A stretch of DNA of 57,691 nucleotides from a virus (taxonomy: Duplodnaviria > Caudoviricetes), in the IMG/VR virus record IMGVR_UViG_3300037634_002466, positions 1 to 57,691 of that record. One strand, 5' to 3'. Within the stretch, counting starts at the first letter, position 1; each line of letters starts with the position of its first letter. Positions 25,375 through 34,601 of this stretch are shown here, in pieces. Made by a program: the position numbers and the translations under genes. A model generated the notes under the pieces. That model did not search any database. It saw nothing but the letters and a program-made list of their open reading frames with translations, and was not told the origin of the DNA.

Positions 25375-26358
25375 TTATTTTTTGTTTCCCTGTCCTGCTT
25401 GATTTGGGCCTAGTTTAAATTTTATTGGCTTTCCTGATTTTACTGCGGCTTGATGCTGTCTTATAAACTTCTTAGGCTGATTTTTGATACTTCTAACTTC
25501 AGTCTCCATTAACTTATCTCTCATAAAGTTAACGAATTGGGTGGAAGAGTTTTGTTGTTTAGCAGCAGCAGCTTTTTTCCTCTCACTAGCATCTGCCCTT
25601 TTAGCTGCTAAAGAAACTGTTGCTTGTAAATTTTGATGTCCTTGGCGAGATAAGGAGTTTCCTGTAACCTCAGGCTTTTGGACAGCCCTAGCGGCTATTT
25701 CTTGCGTTTTAGCCGCTACAGAAACTCTATTAGTCTGTCTGGGTCCTTGAGGGCTACCGCTTTCCATCATTAACTCTTCCTTAAGAAGAGTAGTAAAGTT
25801 CTTAACCTTTTGAGCTTCTGGGTATACTGTATCAATAATCTCTTGAATTTGGGTAGACTCAGTAAGACCAGGGAAAGCTCCCCTAGTTGAAGGGTCTGCC
25901 ACTATATCCCAAGTAATTAACTTAAAGTCTTCGTTGACATATCTCTTACCGTCCGTCTCTTCAGTTACCGTACCCATTCCACGGGAGGATATTCCAATTT
26001 TTACACCACCTTCAATAAGAGCCTTAGCCACTTTACCAGAAGGTGTGTCTAATATTTCAGCTTCACCAATAACCTCATTACCTTTCATATTAAGTCCAGT
26101 AATAAGGTGAGATACATTAGAAAGCCTAACTGAATCATGTTGTGGGTGATCAAGCTCTCCCATCAACCTTCTTTCATTCATAGCAGTAGCAAGTTTAGTA
26201 ACTTCCCTTTCCAAGAGGGGCTTTTTATAAATTCGTTTGTTATTATTTTCCTCGTCTGCTCTTTGAAAGCACCCACTAATCTTCATAGGTCCAGGTCCTC
26301 TACCTTCATTAATAACCTGTAGGTTCTCAATAATAAATACATCTTCTAATAATTGCAT
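25375..26358 (-). CDS. gp21: Prohead maturation protease with basic C-terminal extension
   Basis: NNNKRIY, GELDHP, VSH, ILDTPSG, GISSRGMG, DIVADPS. Confidence 0.95.
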   Translation of the reverse strand: MQLLEDVFIIENLQVINEGRGPGPMKISGCFQRADEENNNKRIYKKPLLEREVTKLATAMNERRLMGELDHPQHDSVRLSNVSHLITGLNMKGNEVIGEAEILDTPSGKVAKALIEGGVKIGISSRGMGTVTEETDGKRYVNEDFKLITWDIVADPSTRGAFPGLTESTQIQEIIDTVYPEAQKVKNFTTLLKEELMMESGSPQGPRQTNRVSVAAKTQEIAARAVQKPEVTGNSLSRQGHQNLQATVSLAAKRADASERKKAAAAKQQNSSTQFVNFMRDKLMETEVRSIKNQPKKFIRQHQAAVKSGKPIKFKLGPNQAGQGNKK

Positions 26359-26361
26359 ATC

Positions 26362-26799
26362 TTATCCTTTAGTTTTTTTCTTGTACTTCTTACCCTTACG
26401 AGCTTCTCTTCTAGATTTAGCAGAAAGCTTCTTAGCTTTCTTTCCTGTGTACTTATGACCAACTCTTGCAGCGTGGTCTTTAACTGATCCCCATTCAGCA
26501 CTAGGGGTAGCACTTCCTGGTGTAAATCCTTTTGCTATTCTTCCGCTCACTACAGACTCTGAATCTGTACCACCATGAGTTCTTTTGGAGATAACATAAA
26601 GTCTTCTAGCTCCTTTAGTAGAAAATATGTGTCCTGGTCCATGGGAACTTAAAGCTTTTTTAATAGTAGGGTATACTTTTACCCTACCCTTAATAGCTAA
26701 GTCGCCAGTCTTACTCTTGGTCTTATACTTACCTCTACCAGAGGGGTATCTGCTACTCTTCTTTTCGTTAAGCAGTTTAAGTATACTTAATATTTCCAC
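26362..26799 (-). CDS. Highly basic protein, candidate internal DNA-binding core protein
   Basis: Very Lys/Arg-rich after the N-terminal LLNE. Confidence 0.6.
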   Translation of the reverse strand: MEILSILKLLNEKKSSRYPSGRGKYKTKSKTGDLAIKGRVKVYPTIKKALSSHGPGHIFSTKGARRLYVISKRTHGGTDSESVVSGRIAKGFTPGSATPSAEWGSVKDHAARVGHKYTGKKAKKLSAKSRREARKGKKYKKKTKG

Positions 26800-27256
26800 T
26801 TCTTTTCCTTCTTCTTCTTTTTTTCTTATCAGGCTCTCTTAGGGGGGTATACTTGCTAGTCCTAGTGGTAGTTCCACCACCACCCATACGAGGAGCTATA
26901 CCCATAGTAGTAGATATCCCTGCCATCTCTGAAACTAAGGAACTTAACTTATTAATAGTTTCAACTAATTCCTCTCTGAGACTAATAATTTTCTCTTGAA
27001 GAATTTCTTGTTCAGCTAGTAAAGGCTCCTTAACGGTTTCCCGCTTAGGAGCCTCACCCATACCAAAGGATTCTTGGAGAACTTGATCAATCATAGAGTT
27101 GGATACGGGAACTTCAGATATATCAACATCTGTAACAGGTAATTCAGAAGGAGTAGATTCTACAGGTGTAGATTCTCCCTCATTTATTTTACCAGATTCC
27201 ATTAAAGACTTAGCAAAGTCTCCAATGCCTATTCCCGCCTCATCTAATCTGCCCAT
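26777..27256 (-). CDS. Hypothetical head-region protein
   Basis: Acidic, with several LxE/IxE sites and a KKKRRRRKR tail; coupled to both neighbours. Confidence 0.6.
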   Translation of the reverse strand: MGRLDEAGIGIGDFAKSLMESGKINEGESTPVESTPSELPVTDVDISEVPVSNSMIDQVLQESFGMGEAPKRETVKEPLLAEQEILQEKIISLREELVETINKLSSLVSEMAGISTTMGIAPRMGGGGTTTRTSKYTPLREPDKKKRRRRKRSGNIKYT

Positions 27257-27645
27257 TACTCGTCGTCTTCGTCAGCTTCTTCGTTGGTAGCTTCAACAAT
27301 AAGACCAGCTTCAGAAAGAACACCAAGAATTTCTTCTGCGTTCTCAATAATGAAAGACTCTTCAACTTGCTCAGAAATGAGACCAGCTTCCGAGAAAACT
27401 TCCATCATAGAGGCAGCATGCTCTTGAAGGGCTTCATCAGTAAGCTCATACTCACCAAGATCAGACTCACAAAGGGGGCAACAACTGTTCTCAGCAATAA
27501 CCTCTTCAGAATCTTGAACCTCTTCCTTAGCTTCAACCTCGCCACTCTTTACTTTTTCCTCAACACGAACACCAACCATGTCCCAACCACGGGACTCAAG
27601 TAGCTGGCCTACAAAATCATCACTTACTTTAGTACGAAAATCCAT
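27256..27645 (-). CDS. Acidic head-region protein with CCPLC motif
   Basis: GGAG RBS; repeated VFSEAGLI / VLSEAGLI. Confidence 0.6.
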   Translation of the reverse strand: MDFRTKVSDDFVGQLLESRGWDMVGVRVEEKVKSGEVEAKEEVQDSEEVIAENSCCPLCESDLGEYELTDEALQEHAASMMEVFSEAGLISEQVEESFIIENAEEILGVLSEAGLIVEATNEEADEDDE

Positions 27646-27744
27646 TTTTAATTCTCCAATTAATATGTTCGGGTGTATACCCGTCTGTTAATATGTATAA
27701 TAGAAGATCTATAATACATTGAATTTTTTAAAAATTGCCAAAAT

Positions 27745-28740
27745 CTAAGGGGCTCCAAAGGTTAAGAACTGCTTTGGGAAAGTAGGCATTATTAAAAGTT
27801 TAGTGTAGCTTAAACCATTTCCTGACTCATTAGCTATGTAAGTTGGATATCCTGTATATGACGTAGGGGTTATAGAAATTAAAAACCCAGACACATCGTA
27901 TCCTGGTCTATAAAAGTCCTGCCATGTATCCACAGTGCCTTTACCAGATATAGTACCTAAATCATCTAAATCTCTAACTTCTCCATAAGAAGGGAATCCT
28001 TTGGCTTGTAATCCCCCAGCAAAAGAAACTGATATAGTAGGGTCATCAATACCCAAATCTAATCCTAATGGTATAGAAGACTTTCTAACCGCTAAATCTA
28101 GATCGGGAACCTTGAACTTATCTTCATCAGTAATATCCTCAAACTCTAAGGTAGGTCGTATCTCAGTTCCCCATTGAACAAAATCGTTCTGATCTAAAAA
28201 TTGGAAAAGTTTACTATCAGAGTATGGACTTCTAACAAAAAATAGTCCAGGTAATAAATCAGAAAACATATAGAACTCACCAGGAGGATATGCCCATAAT
28301 GTTGGTGCTGCTGGAGATGCTTTAGGCTCATTCACCGTAGCTCCCTCTATTCTAATCTTCTCTACGAAATCAGCCCAAACATCTGGTGATGCTGTATTGG
28401 TTTCCGCTCCACATCCCCTACCATCATTAAATCTATGCACAGGAAGTCCACCAGCGAAAACTGTATTTGATCCAGTTGTAGGTCCAGGTACCCCAGGTGG
28501 GTTCGACCCAGGAGGGTATAAAGGGGACCTCCCCAAAGGGTGCGTATCGAATCCATCCCCCGCTGGGGTAAGGTTGTCTCGCCATAACCCACACGGACCC
28601 GTAGCACCGTCTCCAGTGCCGTCCGTTACGGCTATAGGTCTACTGTTGACAAGTACAGTGCTTTCAATTCCCTTGCCGTCTCGTCCAATAGGAGCGAAAT
28701 CGTGATCACATGTGTCATCCATTCTTGCTACTTGTGGCAT
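27745..28740 (-). CDS. PAAR-like spike-tip protein with C-terminal extension
   Basis: MPQVARMDD.CDH...TVLVNSRPIA...H...GSNTVFAGGLPVHRFND..GCG...SPDVW; the likely start 28740 lies just past the upstream gene's stop. Confidence 0.75.
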   Translation of the reverse strand: MPQVARMDDTCDHDFAPIGRDGKGIESTVLVNSRPIAVTDGTGDGATGPCGLWRDNLTPAGDGFDTHPLGRSPLYPPGSNPPGVPGPTTGSNTVFAGGLPVHRFNDGRGCGAETNTASPDVWADFVEKIRIEGATVNEPKASPAAPTLWAYPPGEFYMFSDLLPGLFFVRSPYSDSKLFQFLDQNDFVQWGTEIRPTLEFEDITDEDKFKVPDLDLAVRKSSIPLGLDLGIDDPTISVSFAGGLQAKGFPSYGEVRDLDDLGTISGKGTVDTWQDFYRPGYDVSGFLISITPTSYTGYPTYIANESGNGLSYTKLLIMPTFPKQFLTFGAP

Positions 28741-28741
28741 T

Positions 28742-31700
28742 TTAAGGTAACTCTCCTGGAGGGATAGGAACATGCCCCTCTTTAACACTTAATTTATAAT
28801 CTTCTTTATCAAATGGAATTACAAAATCAGTATTGCCTAACCAATTTACAGATCTAAACTCTTTAACTTTAGGGTACTTATCATTTACTATACTACTAAA
28901 TGCAGGTTTACCCATACTCAGAAGAGATTTAAACTTATCAAAATTCAAACATTCTCTATGTAAAAATTTCTTCTGAGGAGTATCCATCCTATCATATATT
29001 TCAAACCAATAAACAGTCTTATTAGCGGGTAATTGGTAATCTGCTTTTAGCATTCTAGCTAATTTATATACTTGCCTCTCCCCCCACTCTATTCTTTCTA
29101 CTGGCTGGCTGCCAGACCTGTACAAATTATGTTCAGATAATGATTTAGTAGCCATAGAGTATTGAACACCTTGATTATTAGCTACATATTGGTTTATTCC
29201 CCTATCAGGATAAGCTAAAGTTTCTTTTATAAAAGTGGGATGCCAAGTATCTGACCCAAAAGTATCTGGGCTCATAAATAATTTTATTTCTCTTACCCCA
29301 TACGAAGTAGATTTAGATATATTATGAGTAATAACATTAGCAGTTATATCCGTAGTGTAAATAGCTATAGTTTGTGGGGCTCTTCTGGCTATCACAGGAA
29401 GAGCTATATTTTGTTGGTCTTCCTCATCAAATAGATCTAATACAAAGTCTTTGAAGGTAACCTCTATAGTCCCATCATTTTCAATGTAACTAAGGATAGG
29501 ATCATTTATATCTAGATACACTTCCAAGGAAGGGAATGCAGCACCAGACCCATCAATACTAACATGAGAATTTCTATCCGCTGCACTATCTAGGTATTTG
29601 TAAGTAGCAGTACTCCTAGCTACAAAAGGATTAATCCTCTCTAGATCATTAACTGTTCCTGGTTGTAAAGCTAGAAGATATATATTCTTTCTATCCTTAG
29701 TTACTCCATACCTCTCATCAACTCTTAATATTTCATCAGTAGTAACTTTTAAATTAATATCATATCTATCTCCTAAAAGATAGAGTAGTTTCTGAAGCAC
29801 TTCTGTACTAAGAATACCTGCCCTTTTTATTGAACTATGCACTGGAATCTCTGCTATGCTTCCATCACTTTGAGTTATTCTTTGTATGTCCCCATTACTC
29901 ATGGTAATGCGTAGATTCCCCTCCCAAACAATGGTATCGTAATTGGAATAATAGAATATAGTAGTAGCTCCTGTAGATGTAGTAACAGGAAATCCCTTAC
30001 TTAAATCAGTAGCTAGGGTCTTCCAAGTTCTCATACGCTCTGCTACTCTAATCTGATCATATTGTGCAGGATCCAAAGGCCAAACTTTCTGTGTGGCTAG
30101 TTGTATAGCAGAAGCTTCATTATAGAGAGTATCTAATCTACTTATTGGGGCATAAGATCTAGTATCTATATACTCCTCTGTATCCTGATTCCTTATAATC
30201 CTATCTAGCAACTGAATTAACTCTACTACATTGAAAGAGTCTAGTCTATTAGAGATTATAAGATTTCTAATAGAACTTAAAAAGAACCTCTTTAAGGGTT
30301 TACCTGTAGCATCTCTAGCTAGGTTTAACTTTAGAATAATATCATCATTAATACTCTTCTCTAAATTAGAATCACTTAGATCAGTGAATGGGTTATCGCT
30401 ATATTGAATCCTCCCTCTAATTATATCTAATGATGCTCTGATTCCTACATGTACCCTAGACTTAAATAAATCCTGTCTTAAATCTCCTCTTTGAACCCCA
30501 ACAAACTGAGCATTATTTTTAATTACTAAGTTACTAGAAGATTTCTCATAGATAGGATTACCCGTACCCCCAGCCCCATAAATCCTATTGAATGCATTCA
30601 CAGACCCATAGGAAGATTGAGCCCCTTCTTCAGCGTCACAATTTCCATCACATGTATCATCATCATAATAACCTAAACTATAACAATCAGGTTTATCATT
30701 CACATCAACACAAGAAACTGTTATAGCTGTACATTTTTGACCCTCTGATCCTCCCCCTTTCGATTCATCTGTCCCACCCACACCTGTAGAGTCTGTCAAT
30801 TTTGTACTTCCCCCCCCAGTAAAGATGCCCCCTCCCCCATCTATACCTCCTGCTCCAGTATCATCTATTATATACGTAGCTCCTCCATCAAAGAAGCCCC
30901 CACCTCCATCATCATCCACTCCACCAGGATCACCAGAACCAATACAAGTATAGCACTCTACGGTACAGGGAGGGGGAGGATCATCTTTACATTCGATGTC
31001 ACATTTAGTTTGAGAATCGTAATAACCCTCCTCTATACAGTCTTGGTTACAGTTAATAGTAACTTTTTTGCACGGTTGACCATACTCCGCACAATTCCAA
31101 CATCTTTTAGGGCAGCCCTGATCACATTTTTTCTTCCTTTTAAAACTTCCTGGGGGACATTTCTCATTTACTTTCTTTACGCTCTTTTGACAACACCCCT
31201 TAGGTTCTACTTTATCTGGACACTTCCAACACATGTCTGCATAGGGATCAACGCATCCTGCTGCACAATCTTCTTGTGTCTGATCACATTCTTCAGTACA
31301 ATCAGTAACTAAGGTATCATAGCAAGTCTCATCTTCTATCTTACATTCAGGACATAAATACCTACACTGGTCATCACAATCCTTTTTCTTCTCATAGCAA
31401 TCATCTGGACATTCGCCGTCATCCTTTCTATCACAATCCTGTTTACAACAGCCCGTTCCCATAGTATCAGGACATTTCCAGCATTTCCCTGGCGGGGTTA
31501 ATGGTACCACTGGTGTATCTTCCCCACCAGGGGGTCCAGGTTTCCAACGACAGTCGCCGTTCCCAAAAGGCCCAGAATCGGCAGATTTACATTCCCACTT
31601 CTTTTTATAACAGTTATTACAAATCTCATAACCATTCATATCTTGAGATTCCCATGGGAAACAACCAAAATTAGAATCAGACTTACAATCAGTATTTATC

Positions 31701-32170
31701 CACAACTCTCTATCTGTACAATCACCACCAAACCCACCACCACCAGCATCGCAAGGGTTACAATCAGTACAAGGAATATCAGCAGTACCAGCACCTATGC
31801 ACATATACCCCTTGCAATCAACAGGATCATGCCCACAACAAGCTTTATCCTGCTCACACGGACTTCCAGGACCAGCCATCCCAGGCTTGCATACCATACA
31901 TCCAGTACCTGGATTAACCACACAATCCTTCTCAGTACCATCACAAATTTTAGGAATCTGTACTGTACAATCTGTACACCCATTAGTTTCGTTAAATATT
32001 ACATCTTGCCAATTTGCTGGAGGAGAGCATTGACAGTAGGTAGTAAATCCAGGGCATCCTCCATCGTCATCGTCATCAGGAGGAATAACTATACCATTAC
32101 CTCCAGGAGGACCATCACCAGGGGGCAAATCACCAGGGTCTTTGAGCCAGCAAGTTATAAAATTTGCCAT
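28742..32170 (-). CDS. Large protein with a Cys-rich repeat N-terminal half
   Basis: About 60 Cys (hand count) in the first ~510 aa; Gly/Asp-rich linker; Cys-poor globular C-terminal half. Confidence 0.7.
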   Translation of the reverse strand: MANFITCWLKDPGDLPPGDGPPGGNGIVIPPDDDDDGGCPGFTTYCQCSPPANWQDVIFNETNGCTDCTVQIPKICDGTEKDCVVNPGTGCMVCKPGMAGPGSPCEQDKACCGHDPVDCKGYMCIGAGTADIPCTDCNPCDAGGGGFGGDCTDRELWINTDCKSDSNFGCFPWESQDMNGYEICNNCYKKKWECKSADSGPFGNGDCRWKPGPPGGEDTPVVPLTPPGKCWKCPDTMGTGCCKQDCDRKDDGECPDDCYEKKKDCDDQCRYLCPECKIEDETCYDTLVTDCTEECDQTQEDCAAGCVDPYADMCWKCPDKVEPKGCCQKSVKKVNEKCPPGSFKRKKKCDQGCPKRCWNCAEYGQPCKKVTINCNQDCIEEGYYDSQTKCDIECKDDPPPPCTVECYTCIGSGDPGGVDDDGGGGFFDGGATYIIDDTGAGGIDGGGGIFTGGGSTKLTDSTGVGGTDESKGGGSEGQKCTAITVSCVDVNDKPDCYSLGYYDDDTCDGNCDAEEGAQSSYGSVNAFNRIYGAGGTGNPIYEKSSSNLVIKNNAQFVGVQRGDLRQDLFKSRVHVGIRASLDIIRGRIQYSDNPFTDLSDSNLEKSINDDIILKLNLARDATGKPLKRFFLSSIRNLIISNRLDSFNVVELIQLLDRIIRNQDTEEYIDTRSYAPISRLDTLYNEASAIQLATQKVWPLDPAQYDQIRVAERMRTWKTLATDLSKGFPVTTSTGATTIFYYSNYDTIVWEGNLRITMSNGDIQRITQSDGSIAEIPVHSSIKRAGILSTEVLQKLLYLLGDRYDINLKVTTDEILRVDERYGVTKDRKNIYLLALQPGTVNDLERINPFVARSTATYKYLDSAADRNSHVSIDGSGAAFPSLEVYLDINDPILSYIENDGTIEVTFKDFVLDLFDEEDQQNIALPVIARRAPQTIAIYTTDITANVITHNISKSTSYGVREIKLFMSPDTFGSDTWHPTFIKETLAYPDRGINQYVANNQGVQYSMATKSLSEHNLYRSGSQPVERIEWGERQVYKLARMLKADYQLPANKTVYWFEIYDRMDTPQKKFLHRECLNFDKFKSLLSMGKPAFSSIVNDKYPKVKEFRSVNWLGNTDFVIPFDKEDYKLSVKEGHVPIPPGELP

Positions 32171-32177
32171 AACGATT

Positions 32178-34601
32178 TTAGGATAAGGTTACTGTATTAT
32201 TAATCCCAGCATTTGTCAACATGTCACCAGTATAGTTCTCTGGATACCCCATAACTTCAAATTTAACAGTTGGATAGGTACACCAAGCACCTTTAAACAT
32301 ATTATGCACAGTTCCATAACCTCCCAACTTTCTAACAAAATCTCTAGTAGCAACACTATATTTCTGAGGTTCAAATCCAGTAGCATGAGTTACGAATACT
32401 TTACTAAAAATGTGTGAAGTTCTATATGCAGAAGGGGGAGATGCTGCCGCAACATAACTTAAATCACAATGTGAACCTCTAAAAGGTTCTGTATGTCTCC
32501 ACATACAAATAATATCAAAAAAGTCTGGATATTTATCAACATATAACCCCTGAGGCTGTGTCCACCAAGCCCCATCCTCCTCCCGATCTATTTGGTGGTC
32601 CGTGTCTGAATAGTTACCATACTTATCAGTAGACACAGATACCGCACAATTAGCAAAAGAAACATTCACATTGTAATCTGCCATCCATGGGACATTAACT
32701 TTGTCCAGGTATATCCTTTTCTTAACTAGCATACACATAGTTCCAGTCCTACCGTCATTATACTCTTTTTTATTATAAGTCACAGTCTGAGAAACTCTAC
32801 CACCATATAAAGAATCCCAAGAAGCATCGGCAGCTAATGGATAGTTATTATTTCTTTCATCTTGATAGAAATAAAAGAATCTATCATTTTGCTGTTGTCC
32901 ACCATCTGCGGTATTAGTAGCCCAATCAGCAATTTCCCAGTCAGGAAAGGAAGGTACATTACCAAACATACTTGGGGGAAGAGGACCTGAAGCTTTAAGA
33001 TAGTCTGTAATAGAAGTTTGATCATAAGCAGTTAGTTTAGATGTAGGATCATTACTATCACTGGCTAATCTAGCCATAACACCTTCAGGACCATACTTAA
33101 TACCCCCAAACACAAACCCAGACCCAACAGGGCGCGGGTTATTTGGTATGGAAGGTATACTAGCTATTACATGATTTCTTAATTTAGTAGCAGTGTCCCG
33201 TAACTCTTCTTTGCCTACCGCTGGGTTAGCTAAAGATAGGGGTGGACTAGCTCCAGCAACCCCAGCCCTTTCATTGTAGGTAAGTTCTGCTGTACGGAAG
33301 AAGGGTCTAATATCTAAAATATCATTTCTAGTTATAAGAGGCTCCCCTTTACGAACAAATATATACGCTATAGGCAGAACTGATTGTCCAACTAATTGTA
33401 AGCTACTTTTAGAAATCCCGTCCGTTATATAAGGAGCTAAGTTTAATAGATCATCAGGACTTGGGAAATTAGAAAAGTAATTAGATAATCCCATCTGAGT
33501 TTGGTTTTGGTCTCCTATTGGGGAGGAGATTTGCGGATTCATATTAAGATCAAAGGCACCAGAAGCATTGAAGAAACTAGTAGGATCATTCTCAGAAGAA
33601 GTCCATGTACTAGATTCAAAGAAAGAAGTATCTATATCTTGACCAGCAAACGCTCCCCTTCCACCAAGAGCAATAACTCCTGCACCCTTAACTATACCTA
33701 ACTGAGGAGAAGTTATAGTAGTTAAAACACTACCATTAGGTTTAAGAATTGCAGTAGTTGCATCATCAATTGGTTTAGTATATAGGAATAATAGATCTAC
33801 CCTTACTGATGGTACATAAATAGAATCATTTTGATAATCTGTGGAATCAAAACTTGGCACCTCAATGGATAAGGTATTAGGAACATTAACAAGAGCAGTA
33901 CGGAAAGGGGCACCATAAACTCTAGTAAACTCAACCGCTAATTGTTGTAGATCTACATGAGAATTATAATCATTACCTATATTAGTTACCGTGGTTCCTT
34001 GCTTCCACAAAGCAAGTTTAATTTTGGGGAGATCAAATACCCCTACTTTATTATTTTGGGCAAATTGGGTATGTACAGAATTCCAATCTATATTATTTAA
34101 TAGATTAGGGGCAGTTACATGATGTTGCAGAACATCATACAACCCATTATTAGCCAAGTAACTAGTTATAGTAACTCCCGCTAATTTCTTTATAACATCT
34201 TCAGGGGTAGTTATAGTTATCTCCGTCGTTAAGTTAGAATCAATAGATCCCACAGCCTTCTTAACTATTGAAGCTATACCTTTATTATAAGCATCATTTA
34301 CTCTCCCCATAAATCTACCTGGAAGAACCTGAACATTTCTAGTATCTCCAGTTGCGTCAGGTCTTAACTCATCAAGATCTGCTCTAGAAGTCCCACCACC
34401 AGAAAGAGCCCCTGTCAACCCAACTTGATCTTTTAACCAAAGAATATTAGATTGTAATTCCTGTAAAGGAATATTATCTACTTCCCAGTAGTAAGGATCA
34501 TTTGCTTTAAATAATCTAATTGGGTCTGTAAAAGGGTGGGAACTAGGCTTATAACTCTTTTGCCCTTGCCCCTGTCCATCTGCGAAAAAATCATGACTCA
34601 T
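32178..34601 (-). CDS. Putative tail fibre / baseplate-attached protein
   Basis: Tail module position; N-terminal YYWEVDNIPL motif shared with the upstream gene; DIRPFF motif. Confidence 0.55.
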   Translation of the reverse strand: MSHDFFADGQGQGQKSYKPSSHPFTDPIRLFKANDPYYWEVDNIPLQELQSNILWLKDQVGLTGALSGGGTSRADLDELRPDATGDTRNVQVLPGRFMGRVNDAYNKGIASIVKKAVGSIDSNLTTEITITTPEDVIKKLAGVTITSYLANNGLYDVLQHHVTAPNLLNNIDWNSVHTQFAQNNKVGVFDLPKIKLALWKQGTTVTNIGNDYNSHVDLQQLAVEFTRVYGAPFRTALVNVPNTLSIEVPSFDSTDYQNDSIYVPSVRVDLLFLYTKPIDDATTAILKPNGSVLTTITSPQLGIVKGAGVIALGGRGAFAGQDIDTSFFESSTWTSSENDPTSFFNASGAFDLNMNPQISSPIGDQNQTQMGLSNYFSNFPSPDDLLNLAPYITDGISKSSLQLVGQSVLPIAYIFVRKGEPLITRNDILDIRPFFRTAELTYNERAGVAGASPPLSLANPAVGKEELRDTATKLRNHVIASIPSIPNNPRPVGSGFVFGGIKYGPEGVMARLASDSNDPTSKLTAYDQTSITDYLKASGPLPPSMFGNVPSFPDWEIADWATNTADGGQQQNDRFFYFYQDERNNNYPLAADASWDSLYGGRVSQTVTYNKKEYNDGRTGTMCMLVKKRIYLDKVNVPWMADYNVNVSFANCAVSVSTDKYGNYSDTDHQIDREEDGAWWTQPQGLYVDKYPDFFDIICMWRHTEPFRGSHCDLSYVAAASPPSAYRTSHIFSKVFVTHATGFEPQKYSVATRDFVRKLGGYGTVHNMFKGAWCTYPTVKFEVMGYPENYTGDMLTNAGINNTVTLS

